NCBI RefSeq assembly: GCF_006345805.1
Contig: NC_042999.1
Coordinates: forward strand, 150,908,001 to 150,972,000
Direction: 5' to 3'
Source of the DNA: Octopus sinensis
Taxonomy: Eukaryota
Length of the DNA stretch: 64,000 bases
The translations under genes were made by a program, and so were the position numbers. Below, piece by piece: positions 11,833 to 24,524 of the stretch. The notes beneath the pieces were generated by a model. That model ran no database searches, was not told the DNA's origin, and saw nothing but the letters and a program-made list of their open reading frames with translations. Within the stretch, counting starts at the first letter, position 1. Each line of letters starts with the position of its first letter.

Positions 11833-13906
11833 TTTAAATTAGTCACGAGGGCTGTACATAAAGGGGACGATAACAAAACAACACAAAGTGGGGGTCCAAG
11901 GCATAAAATGAGGGAGGACAAAATTGATGATAAGATGGAGTACGAATGAAAGGGATGATATGAAGCGAGGGGTGTGGGAACCCCACAAGCCACAAACCAG
12001 TGCTACTTCTCTTAGGGGATTTCTGCTTTCCTACTCAAGTCGGCTACATTTAACAAATCATGCTCTCCAATTGCATCCATCTTTTCCCAAATATTCATGA
12101 TGGTAAGAGCTCTCTCTCCAGCCTTATCTTTCTTTTTATTTGGTTTCTGTAATATTTTACTGAAGGAGGTATCACATCTAGACATAGTGACCTGAGATCA
12201 TTTAGTAAACAACGCTGTTTACCTTTCGAACTCAGGCCACACACATTCACACAACTGAGCTTGAGCGAAAACCTAGTAGTAAGAACCTACTTTGATTTGG
12301 TAGTGGTGGTGGTGGGGAGTATGAGTAGCTCCCCACCCCTTCTGTGGCTTGTGGGGTATCTTTTGTGAACTGGGTGTTTAAGTGCTTGGTAAATACCCAC
12401 TGCAGCGGCTCAACATCTTTGGGAAATTTTTCACCCACTACACTCTCGGAGTGGTTGGTGTTAGGAAGGGCATCCTGTTGTAGAAACTCTGCCAGATCAG
12501 ACTGGAGCCTGGTGCAGCCATCTGGTTTGCCACACCTCAGTCAAATCGTCCAGCTCATGCTAACATGGAAAGCGGATGTTAAACGATGATGATGATCAAG
12601 ATAAGCCTTGCTATCAATGTAGATAAATTTTATGTGCTCTGATATGTTGTGGCTTGAGGGTACGATATAGGGTGTTATGCTGTTATGCGAGGGTTTGTGC
12701 AGACTAGTTCTGTTAGTTGGGTATTTGTTATGCTTGTGACTGTTTTTTAGGAAGGTGATGTGTGTTGTGTGTAGGCATCTGTAGTGGGGAGTAGCAGGTG
12801 AGTCTTTTCTGGTGTGTGTGTCTGTGAGGTGGTAGCATTTGGTTGAATGTCTAGTGGGGGTGGGATTTTTTCGTTTGCATTTTCTTTTGACTGTATGCCA
12901 ATCTGGGTCTGTTTATTCTATGTGACTGGTTTGGTGGGTGGAGGGGAGCCTTCTGCTTCTGTTTCCAACAGGTACTCGGCTTTAATGTGGCCACATTTGT
13001 AGCTGCATGACCTGTGCCCTTCCACCATAATGCGCAGTGTGGTGTCGTCTGATACTTGCATTAAATCCAGCAGATCAGTGAGGTCCTGTTCTGGATTAAA
13101 ATATCCAGGCCTTGGCCCCACCGGTTTCGCTGGTGTAGCTTGGTGACTTGCGGTGGTGGTGGTGGTGGTGGTGGGGGGGTTATTTTATCTTCCAGACCTA
13201 GAAGAATGGCTGCCACTAGCCACACCATGTTGATTTCTATTGTTATTTTTGAATTCCGTTTTCCTAGATTTGTCAGCAGTAGCACCAGCTCTGCTGACTT
13301 TAGAGGAATTGTGGAGAGTGTATTTTTGCTTCCTCTCCTTGGAAGTGAATCTAACTTCTACGGTCCCGTAATTTTTTCTTCTTGCTATGTAGGTTGTCTC
13401 ATGCCATATTGGCTGTAGGCATTTCTCTATGTTTTCCTTAGAAGATAGTCCCATTTTTTTTTTTTTTAATTTTAATGATAGAGTCTGATATATAATGGTC
13501 TTCTGAGTTGTGTGTACAACTTCTCCCAGGGGGTAAGTTTTATGTTATTTCTGTTCTTTTTCAACATGGTTTTAAATTTCTGTAGTTCCATTATGTTGAC
13601 GTTTAAAAGCTCTTGGTTGACAGTAGTTATCGTTGCAAAGTTCACTTTTTTTGCTTTCATTTTATTGGTCGATTCTTGTTGTTGCGTTGTTGTCTTAGAG
13701 TTGTTTTCCTCCTCTGGCACACAGCTGGGAAGGGAGGGGAACATTTCTTTATCCAGTTTGTTCAACAGCTCAGTTCTGTTGTCCAAATTGGGGGTGTTGC
13801 CTTCCATGGTGTAATTTTCCATATTTGAAATTTTCACAGAAAAATTAATATACACTTCCATAATAACAAAATAATTAAATTCAGGCTGTATCGTGTTCGA
13901 ACACAA
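11833..13906 (-). mobile_element. Internally deleted L1/Tx1-clade LINE (broken ORF1, ORF2 termini only, 3' UTR)
   Basis: ORF1 pieces at 13472-13906, 13185-13454 and 12918-13121, the last with a degenerate zinc knuckle (RSCSYKCGHIKAEY). The ORF2 endonuclease start LKLSCVNVCGLSSKGKQRCLLNDLRSLCLDVI is joined in frame to a C-terminus YYRNQIKRKIRLERELLPS*IFGKRW. A family D element interrupts it at 12430-12596. Confidence 0.7.
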
Positions 13907-14591
13907 GTAAAAAAGTAACAGTCAAGAAAACAGTCAACAAAATGGATACATACATGGTAAGAATTAGTAGCTCACAAAAACACACCTACACAGGCTAAAC
14001 ATTTGATCACTATAAACAAATCATCTGTGTGATTGTTCAGTAAGAAGTTGTCCAATCCTCATATGCCTTGTGAGTGAAATTGTTTGATGGATATTGCATG
14101 GAAGCCTGTCATTTATATATATATCTATCTGTTTGTGTTTTTCACCCCTACCTACCTTGCTTGACAAACAGTGTTAGTTTGTTTACACCTTCATAATTTA
14201 CAGGTTCAGCAAAAAATACCATTAGAATAGATACCAGACTTAAATATATATATATATATAAGTATTAGTGTCAATTTGTTTGACTTAACCCTCTGAAGCA
14301 GTGCCCCAGCATGGCCACATTCTAATAACTGAAGCAAGTAAAAGATTAAAAAAGAAAGTGGATAAAAAGAGACAACATCTATTTTGGTTTGCAAAACTCT
14401 TGATGTGAGATATGTGTTGAAACAGATTTTGCTGGCTTTTATTGGCCTAATGACTCTATTATAATTAAGTCAGTTATTATTATTAATTTCGTTTTTGTAT
14501 TTGGTTTGCAAGATTCTTTAAGTGAATTTGTGTGTTGAAGCATATTTTATTGAGTTGAGGGGGGAGTCATTCTCTTTTAGTGCCTTAGTAC

Positions 14592-14818
14592 TTAACCCTT
14601 TCGTTACTAACCCGGCTGAAACTGGCTTTGGCTCTGTACAAATGTCTTGTTTCCATAAGTTTTGATTGAAAATCTTCAGCCAAACATTTAGTCACAATAT
14701 ATTTTCCTAACAATGACTTAATGATAACTAAGTTATTTTACTCAATTATTTGTTATATTTAAAGTAATTGAAAGAAACTCAGAGCATCTCAAAATAAATA
14801 CAATGAAAAAAGAGCTAA
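14592..14818 (-). mobile_element. piggyBac-type MITE family E (degraded right end)
   Basis: Begins TTAACCCTTTCGTTAC. The body is the reverse complement of 49690-49917. Confidence 0.75.
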
Positions 14819-15644
14819 CGCACTCACCGGTTATAGTCATGTCTGATGAAAATATTGCAAAAGGCAATAAAATTTTTTAGAAAAATTAAATATGTAAATG
14901 ACTGGAAATCGAACCAGTGAGTGTGTTAGATAATAAGGCACGAAAAGAGAATGACTTTCCCCAGACAATAAAATAAATCAACCCTAGTACACAGCTGGTA
15001 CTTAATTTATCAATCCTGAAAGGATTAAAGGCAAAGTTGACCTCAGCCGAATTTGAACTCAGAATGTAAAACAGATGAAATACTGCTAAATATTTCACCT
15101 GTCATGCTAACATTTCTGCCAGCTTGCTACCTTAGCAGTTATATATATTTTTTCTACTCTAGGCACGAGGCCCAAAATTTTGGGGGAGGGGCCAGCTGAC
15201 TAGATCAACCCCAGTATGCAAAGTCAACTATGGCGGAATTTGAGCTCAGAACGTAGAGACAGATGAGATATCACTAAACGTTTCACCCGGCATGCTAATG
15301 TTTCTGCCAGCTCGCTACCCTACAGAAATACTTATATTGCAGAAGATGATTTCAATCATTTAAAAACACACAAAATATGCTCTCGTTTATTTATTAATAG
15401 AACCGTCTATTATGAAGTGTGAAAAAGTTTCATTACAATGATACAACATGGTCATTAACACAGTTCCACTGCTATTCCACATATGCAATGCAACTGTATC
15501 AGTGAGCAGGTTGCAGAAGTGCAATGAAACTTTTGACCACTTCATAATAGACAGTACTGTTAATGAATAAATAGATTTTCCAATGAACTCTTGAATAGTT
15601 ACAGTGACTCTTCTTTCACAATGTAATCGTTTGTGTTTCTCCAG

Positions 15645-15696
15645 CCCAACCTCAGATCAAGTCATCTGATTACAAATCTAAAATAACAGAGAAAAT
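15645..15696 (+). CDS. Candidate 52-nt exon (xQPQIKSSDYKSKITEK) of an unidentified gene
   Basis: Acceptor TTTGTGTTTCTCCAG, moderate donor AAT|GTAATT, one open frame. Confidence 0.22.
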
Positions 15697-15749
15697 GTAA
15701 TTCGTTAGCAGTTACGCTATTCATATCCAGATCAAATATTTTACATGAT

Positions 15750-16320
15750 TTATGTTCAAACCAGCCAAATCTGGTCTCTAACACCAACCCTACAGTCATC
15801 ATCATCATCATCATCATCAAACATCTGTTGTCCATACTGATTTGGGTTGGACAGTTTGACCAGAGCTGGTAAGCTGAGGGACTGCACCAGATTCCATAAT
15901 TTCTATGGCCAGATGGTCCTTCCTAATACCAACCACTCTGAGTGTGTAATGGGTGCTTTTACTTGCCACCAGCATGTGTGCCAGTTGTGTACCACCAATA
16001 TCTACCACGACTATGATTTCACTTGGCTCGATGGGTCTCCTACTTGAGCACAGCATGCTGCTGAAGGCCTTGGTCATTTGTCATAGCTTCTGTGAAGCCC
16101 AACACTTGAAAAATGCTTTTTATGTGGCACTGGCACAGGTGTTAGTTACACAACACCGGCATTGGTCACATTGCTTCCATGAGGCCCAACACTCCAGCTG
16201 CCGGCATGGGTGCCTATCAAAATCTTAAAGCTATGAAATAATGAAAGATTAATTCAAAACTATGTGAGTGAATAAATAAGCATTATATTTGACAGAGTAA
16301 TCTGAATGCTAAAGGGTTAA
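15750..16320 (+). mobile_element. piggyBac-type MITE family F split by a family D retroelement (about 15800-16215, minus strand)
   Basis: MITE 5' part CAAACCAGCCAAATCTGGTCTCTAACACCAACCCTACA, 3' part ending CTAAAGGGTTAA, with the RTE-tail element between them. Confidence 0.7.
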
Positions 16321-17878
16321 TGGTACTTATCAATGCCATGCATTAGACAATCATATAATGTTTTAGATGCGATGTTTTTATTATTGTTGATATTTTGAGT
16401 CAAATTAGCCCTTATCAAACTGACCTACACTACATAGTCACTGGAATTACAAGATATAATCACTAGATCTATTGTTGCATATATATATGTGTGTGCATTT
16501 AGAAGAGAGTCATTAGCTTTTGTTTAGCTCCAGGTCAGCTCTGGCTGAGCAGGATTATGTTCAAAGACATTCCAGCTGTGCCCATCCCAGACATGTAGCC
16601 TATATTTTCCACTATGTCCTTCTCTTTGTTAAGATGGTAGGGTATAATTGGAGAGAGATTTGGGCCCACCACCACCACTACCACTCCTACTGCTGTTGGT
16701 GATGTGATGGAACTATAATAAAGGGCCTTTAGTTGCGGGTGGAGGGGAAGGGACATTGTGTAGAAAGTTAAGGAATGTTTGTGTGTGTGTGTGTGTGTCG
16801 GAGTTGTTTGAAGAGAATGACAGTGAAACTTAGGGTCTACTTACACATGATTTGCTGTGTGACTGAATATTAAGTAGATTTATAGTTTGTGTATATGAGT
16901 GTATAATTGTGTGTGTGTGTATTTGGACATGCATGTATATTTGTATAAGTGTGTGTGTATGTATGTGTGTTTGAGTGCATGTGTCACTGAGATGAAAGTC
17001 TGTATGATACAGGGCTATGCTGTAGGGAAAGAGGTGTTTAGAGATGTGTGTTTGTTGGAAATTTCAACATGCAACACAGGTCTGTGTGTGTATGTGTATA
17101 TATATATATATCTTTGCTAGATATATATATGTATGTGTGTGTCTGCATGTGTTCATGCCTACTTTGTGTGTGTGTTTTGTGTGAGGTTTGTATGTCTTTG
17201 TGCAAGTGCGAGTGTGTGTATGTATGCACGGGTGGGTGAGAGTGTTGCATATGGGTGTATATAATTTTTATCCTGTATGGGGTGCGTACATCTCTTTGTT
17301 GTATGTGTGTGTGGCTGTGTATACATGTCTGTATTGTATTGTGTGTGTGTGTGTATGCTTTATGTATACGTCTTTTATATGCATGTGTGTGTGAATTTAT
17401 GCATGTGTCTGTGAGAAAGAGAGGAATATATATATATACACACAGGGGGAGAGAGATATATATTCTTATAAAGTAAGTGTACTTGTTGGTGTGCAATTAT
17501 TTCATTTGTTGTTATCGTTATTGATGATGATGATGATGAGTGGTGATGGTAGTGGTGGCAGTGGTGGTGATGATACTATAAAGTGGACAAATTCAGGCAT
17601 ATGGGAGTCCTATAGACCCATTAACCCGCTTCTGATCACAGTGGGGCCATGTTAAAAGGAGTTTCCCTGAAAAATGGCTACATCTTACGCATCATTATAT
17701 ACACCTCCTGCCGTGTTGTGTAATTGTTTGGTCTGGTAGGGACATTTTTATTTATATACATATACATCTATACTCACACACCACCATATATTGATATACA
17801 TTCATTCATATATACATTGACATATATTCTTATACACAAGCATGGATATACATTCACACACATCGACTTACACTCCCT

Positions 17879-17917
<39 letters not shown>

Positions 17918-18429
17918 CTCATGCACTCAACCATATCACACTATTCTCTGTCTCTCCCCCTCTCTCTCTGGTACAACTCCCCTCACTAACAAACCTGCAT
18001 ATCCGCACACATGGACATAGATATGTGCACACATATGTATACTCACACACACACACACACACACACACAATTCACGTTTGCTTAAACACTGTTGCAAATA
18101 CACAAATAGTAACATACTCACATATACTGTGTAAGACATATGCACATATACATATACATACATATATACCTCACATGTAGTTTGTGTGTGCATGTGTGTG
18201 TCTCTTCAACAGTGTCTCTCTTTCCCCTTTTATCTGTTCCAACCAGTGAGCTATGGCCAGCCTACGAATATATAGGAATATTTGTGTGTGCATGCGCACA
18301 TGTGTGTGTGTGTGTGTGTGCATTTCCAGAATGGAATATAGTATCTCTATCCAAGGGTCTGTGAATGTGTATATATTTAATTGTGATATGATGTACAGTG
18401 AGTATAGGAAAAACAGCTGTTAAATGAAA

Positions 18430-19110
18430 CTTTATTCTCTCTAATACCGCCGCGAGCGATACATTTGCACGATGTAGAGAATATACCACCAGCATTGCCC
18501 AAATGACCTCAACATAAGCTTTAAAATTCATCCAAGGCTAGGACCACGGGTCATACATCCGATACCCAATTCAGGATCACAACACATAAATACACTGCAA
18601 CACAGTTTCTTTTCCTCAACAGGTCCTGCCCTATTTAACATTGTCCTGAAACAGATCAAAGAGGAAAAAGGATCCCATTACCTTTAACCCTTTAGCAGTT
18701 AAACTGGCCATATCTGGCCAAAAGTATTCTGCCTGTTTTATATTCAAACTGGTCAGATCTGGTCTCTCACACCAACCCTACAATATCGTTTTAAAAATTA
18801 ACAGCTACCTCATCAAAATTTCATAGCTACAAGATAATGCATGATTAGTTCAAAACAAAGTGGATAAAAAAGCATTAATTTTGGCAGAATAATGCGAACA
18901 CTAAAGGGTTAAATGGAATCTGGACAAATTTCTTCAACGAGTACCAGATAAGCCACCTATACCTGGATACAACTCACTCAACAGGAACTCCCTACTCGAG
19001 TGGACCATGATGCCACAAAACTTGGCTTAAAAAGGATTTAGGTAATCCTATCAGGTGGTGCAATTAAGTTAGACATGGCCTGGACCAATCTTTGGTCAAA
19101 ACATATCTAA
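18430..19110 (+). mobile_element. CR1-like LINE 3' remnant interrupted by a MITE
   Basis: RRERYICTM*RIYHQHCPNDLNISFKIHPRLGPR...GPALFNIV...ITF | KWNLDKFLQRVPDKPPIPGY reads through once 18684-18912 is removed. LDKFL..PDxP is typical of CR1-group ORF2 ends. Confidence 0.75.
18684..18912. mobile_element. piggyBac-type MITE family F, intact, TTAA TSD
   Basis: TTAACCCTTTAG...CTAAAGGGTTAA termini. Further copies at 28833-29040, about 2850-2995 and about 49918-50046. Confidence 0.9.
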
Positions 19111-20539
19111 GTTTTATCTAAGTTTTATACACAAATGTATGTGCATGTGTATATGAATGTGTGCAGTGCATGTAAGTGTGTATGTGTGTGAGCTGTGTGT
19201 GTGTACATTATATATGCCATGTATGGTTGATTTATAAGGTAAAGTGTAGCTGACAGAATCGTTAGCATGCCGGGCGAAATGCTTAGCAGTATTTCGTCTG
19301 CCGTTACGTTCCGAGTTCAAATTCCGCCGAGGTCGACTTTGCCTTTCATCATTTCGGGGTCGGTAAATAAAGTACCAGTTTTGCACTGGGGTCAATGTAA
19401 TTGACTTAATCCCTTTGTCTGTCCTTGTTTGTCCCCTCTGTGTTTAGCCCCTTGTGGGTAGTAAAGAAATATTTATACAGATTTGTGGAAGTGTTTTACA
19501 TAAGTATTTCCTCACAAAAATATGGGGTCAGGATTGGCCGTGAGGTTAAGGAAGTCGGCTCTGTAACCTCATGGTTTCAGTTTCAATCCCACTGTCTGGT
19601 ATGATGAGCAAGTATCACCTGTTATAGCTTCAGGACATCAGTGCTTTGCAAATGGGAATGGTGGACAGTACTGTAAGGAAGCTCTTTGTGTGTATGTGTT
19701 TCAGATGACTGAAACGAGTAAAAGAATTATTATTATTGTTATTATTATTGATAAGCTGGCAGAATCATTAGCAAACTGTGCAAAATGCTTAGCAGCATTT
19801 TGTCTGTATTTATGTTCTGAGTTCAAATTCTGCTGAGGTCGACTTTGCTTACTATCCGTTTGTGGGGTTGATAAAATAAGTCCCAGTTGAACACTGGGGC
19901 CAATGAAATTGATTTATCCCTTCCCTTTGTGCCGAAATTCAAAATCATTATTATTATTGTTATGAGGAATGTGGCACTATTATTCCCTATTCAAGTGTTA
20001 ATATAATGAACGTTGGTAATATTTTGTGGAGAGATGGGAGGCGGTAAAAGAGTTAGGGAGGAAGCGTTCAAATTATCCATCCATTTCCTCATTTTTGTTT
20101 TTTTACAAAACTGTTCTTACATCTATATATTACATGTAGATAGATGTATGAATATTATTAGTGTGTGCATGTATAAATATACATATACGCACACATATAC
20201 ATACATATTCATATACATCTAATATATATATATACGCTCACACATATATGCATGTGTGTGTGTGTAGTGTATACATATGTGTGTATGCAAGTGTGTGTGT
20301 ATATATATATATATATGTATATATAATGTTTTATCTTGGGAGGATCATTTGGATGTATACACACACATATATATTCAAACACACACACATGCATATTCAT
20401 ATCACATACAAGGTAAGCCGCTATCCTAACATTTTGCTGAGATATTTATATAAAATGTCATCAACCTACATTTTTGTCTGTTACAGAACATCCTCTGCTT
20501 CCATCTCTCCACTCTAATGAATGGAATCGGCTGTCTGCT

Positions 20540-20915
20540 CACTACTACTACTACTACTACCACCACCACCAACACTACCAACACCAGCACTACTACACTA
20601 CCACCACCACTACTACTAACACTACAACCAGCACTACTACTACTACCACCACCATCACTACTACCACCACCACCACTACTACTAGCACCATCACCACTAA
20701 CACTACCAACACCAGTACTACTACTACTACTACAACACCACCACCTCTACTACTACTACTACCACCACCACCAACACTACTAACACTACCACCACTACAA
20801 TGAACACTACTACTACTACTATCACTAATACCACCACTGCTTCCACTACTACTACCACAACCACCACTACCAACACCACCACTACCAGTACCACCACCAC
20901 TACCACTACTGCTAC
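20540..20915. repeat. Compound (ACT)/(ACC) trinucleotide microsatellite
   Basis: Direct reading. Confidence 0.95.
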
Positions 20916-21072
20916 TACTTGTTGCTTTCCTGTTGTACAAGACGATCATTGAACAGAAGAGACATGCTACTGATGTAAAGATGTCTGCTGGTGGCGGTGG
21001 GGGAAGGGCGAGAGAGAGAGAATCTTGAGGAAATTGTGCTGAGATCTATGAACGGGGGTGGCGGGGGTGCTT

Positions 21073-21140
21073 GACTGGCTTTGCTCTCTTAAGATCAGTA
21101 TTTATAGGCTGACGCCACAAACTTCCACTAGGTGGTGCTG
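21073..21140 (-). promoter_or_regulatory. Candidate TATA-Inr core promoter with a CRE half-site and a CTCF-like motif
   Basis: Minus-strand TATAAATA starts at 21106, exactly 30 nt before the A (21076) of the Inr-like CCAGTC. TGACG is at 21110-21114 and CCACTAGGTGGTGCTG at 21125-21140. Confidence 0.35.
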
Positions 21141-21301
21141 GTTGCAGAGAAACGTGTGTTTGTTGTTGTTAAGAAGTGTGACACACACACACACACACAC
21201 ACACTCACAGCACACCTACAACCTTTTAGTCTGTTTTTCGGGGTCATCTTATATTAAGATGTTCATACATAGAAAAGTGAGTATGTATTGTGTTTATGTA
21301 C

Positions 21302-21332
<31 letters not shown>

Positions 21333-21933
21333 TCCTCTCTCTCTCTCTTGCTCAAACACATGCACACATACTCACAAACATACACACATTTTTACATAAA
21401 AATACGTATGTGTATATGCGTGTGTGTGAATGTGTGTGTGCACATGCATGTGTGAAAATTGTGTGTGTGAATGTGTGTATGTGTGTGTGTATATATGTCT
21501 GTGCATATGTGTATATGTCTGTATATATCTGGGTTATACATATGTGTATATATACACACATATGCACACATACACACACGTGTATGTATGTATATCCCAT
21601 AATGTTAAGGATGGAAGTGATAGTCATAACAACAGAATGCTAATGCTAAAATAAACATACAAGCAACATACACGAGTCAGAAAGAAAAATAAACACCTGA
21701 CAACGAAAATTCAAGTTCCAGCAGTAATCTATACACCAGTCACATTGGGTTTTTACCCACTGCTATAAAGAGGCTGCAACATATGCCAACTTCACTTCAT
21801 CCTGAAGACGAGACTGTGAGTGTTCATTCAGAAACATAGTTGTGGCAATAAAGAACTTAACTGCAAGGAGTTTCTGCATTAATACGAATAAGACCTTGGA
21901 AAGAAAAATGAAGCTAAAACACTGTAATTACAT

Positions 21934-21971
<38 letters not shown>

Positions 21972-23547
21972 ATTTTATTTTTTATCTTTTACTTGCTTCA
22001 GTCATTAGACTGCAGCCATGTTGGGGCCCAACCTTGAAGAATTCTTTAGTTGAATGAATTGCCCTAATACTTATCTTTTTAATGCCCGATACTTATTCTG
22101 TTAGTTGTCTTCACTGCCATGTTACAGAAATGAAAACACACCAACATCAGTTGTGAAGCAGTAGTTTTGGGACAAACACAGACCCCCCCCCCCCACACAC
22201 ACACACACACAAAGGGCTTCTTTCAGTTTCTACTTACCAAATCCACTCACAAGGCTTTGGTTGGTCCAGGGCTATAGCACAAGACACTTGCCCATGGTAC
22301 CATGCAATGTAGTTGGGAAACAAACTCCTTGCCACACAGCCACATATATACATTATGGACTCTCTCATCATTTTGACAAATGAGGGTTCAGCAAAGCCTA
22401 GCCCCATTCTGTGGACTTATGGCCATCTGTGTGTAAGATCAAAGCTGAAGTTTTTTAGTAATATCATCTATCTATTCCCCATTGACTCTTTCCTTGTTGC
22501 CATTGGACTTATGAAGAGAATGTGATATTGTTAGCGCTGGTGTTTTGATTTGTTGAACAACCTTCAGGATGAATATTATTATAGTGGTCATGATCTGTGC
22601 AGAGCCAGTCCTGCTGTCATCCTTCAAACTTGTATTAGTCTGGTACAGCAAGTGCCACAAGCACAGTAGTTAACAGGATGCAGAATTTGTATGGAGTTGT
22701 CTTCTCTTAGATCAACACCTAAAGAGCTGATGGGCCTCATTTGGATCTGTTGGCTCATTTGTGAGTGACTTCTTCTATATATATATATAATAATATTAGG
22801 GAGTATAACTCCAAACTTACAGGGAAAAATTCAAATTAGTATTAAATCAAATCACAGTATAAATATATAAAATATAAATTTTATACATTGATCATTAATT
22901 TTATACTTTTTGAGATCTAGTTATAAGATATATGTTTTATAAAAATATATATTATTTGTTATTTATGTATTGGTTCATGTCTATCACTGTTTGAGTTGCA
23001 TAATAGTGGTTTTATCTCCAATTTATATATATATATATTAACATATTAATTTGAAAGAGACAGGTTCCAAGGTCAATAATATTCCTCATCAAAGCCGACA
23101 CATCTAAACACAGAGCACATATATAAACCATTATAAGCAGGTGAACACATAACATACAAAAACATATATATACATATAATAGTGTAATTCTGTGCCCAAA
23201 TCAAAGTTGGATAAGTAATTGCATAAATATATTGATAAATTAAGAAGTCCAAGCTGATGAGATAACAGTTCATAATAATCCAAAAGAAAAGTTCTTAAAT
23301 GAATCCAATAAATAGAAAGAACATATATATCATCATCATCATCATTGTTTAACATCTGCTTTCCATGCTGGCATGGATTGGACAGTTTGACTGAAGACTG
23401 GCAAGCCAGTAGGCTGCACGTGGCTCCAACCTGATTTGGCAAGGTTTCTACGGCTGGGTGCCCTTCCTAATGTGAACAATTCCAAGAATTCCAAGAATGC
23501 CAAGCATTTTCCCTATCATTCTGATGATTCTGTCAGCTTGCCACCTT

Positions 23548-23582
<35 letters not shown>

Positions 23583-23589
23583 TAATCCT

Positions 23590-24125
23590 TTCTATTATAG
23601 ACACAAGGCCTGAAGTTTCAGGTTGGGAGGGATAGTTGATTACATCAACCCTGGTACTCAACTGGTACTTAATTTGTTGACCTTGGTGGAATTTGAACTC
23701 AGAACATAGCGACGGGCAAAATTAATGATAACAATGATAATGGTTTCAAATTTTGGCATAAGGCCACCAATTTCATGGGAGGGTAAAAGTCAATTACATC
23801 GACCCCAGTACTCAACTGGTATTTATTTTATTGACCTCCTGAGGATGAAAGGCAAAGCCAACCTCAGCAGAATTTGAACTCAGAATGCCAAGATGGATGA
23901 AATGCCACTAAGCATTTAGCCCGGCCTGCTAATAATTCTGCCAGTTCACTGCCTTAATAATAATAATAATAATGATGATAATCCTTTCTACTATAGGTAC
24001 AAGGCCTGAAATTTGTGGGTAAGTTGATTACATTGACCTCAGGGTTCTCTTGACCTTGAAAGGATGAACAGCTAAGTCAACCTCAGCAGCATTTGAACTC
24101 AGAACATAAAGACGGATTAAATGCC
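23590..24125 (-). mobile_element. Three tandem family A SINE copies, two junctions marked by (AAT)n-rich runs
   Basis: GAATTTGAACTCAGAA or a close variant recurs near 23690, 23870 and 24090. Confidence 0.75.
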
Positions 24126-24163
24126 ACTTAACACTTCACCCAGTATGCAACTGTAACAGTAAT

Positions 24164-24524
24164 AACAAGAGCACTCAGAGAGCGAAAACCTCTGCCAAGG
24201 CAACACCAATGTCCTCTCAATGATTAGCTGGAGATGATTTTTAAAATGAGAATATCTGAAACAAACTTGATTGCTTTTACAAACGAGAATACTAAAAATG
24301 AACCTGACCACTCTAAAAAATTAAGTAAAAAAAAACAGGAAAAGTAATCCAGAATCCTTGTCCAGTACTGGATCGATCCCAAAATCTAATCAGTTTGTGC
24401 CAGTCACAAGGCCAAACATCCGTGGAAGTTTCATCTGAATCATTGCAGCTATTTTTGTGATATCTTGTAAACAAACAAACATGATTGAAAACAATACCTC
24501 CGCCTTTGCTAAAGCGGAGGTAAT
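24164..24524 (+). mobile_element. Helentron-associated (HINE-like) non-autonomous element
   Basis: 5' AACAAGAGCACTCAGAGAGCG..ACCTCTGCC with a subterminal IR, and a 3' hairpin ACCTCCGC-CTTTGCTAAA-GCGGAGGT (24496-24521). No TSD seen. Confidence 0.6.

Noticed and set aside
20593-20949. 118-aa Ser/Gly/Val ORF downstream of the candidate promoter
   Set aside because: Almost entirely trinucleotide repeat, with no evidence of coding constraint.
21796-21850. CTGAAGA...GAAAC-ATA-GT hammerhead-like motif followed by AATAAA
   Set aside because: Stems I and II are mostly unpaired. At best a decayed Penelope-type terminus.
23060-23100. Minus-strand TTGATGAGG...CCTTGGAAC motif
   Set aside because: Both core segments are mutated (C3 and GAAA), so it cannot be supported as a ribozyme.
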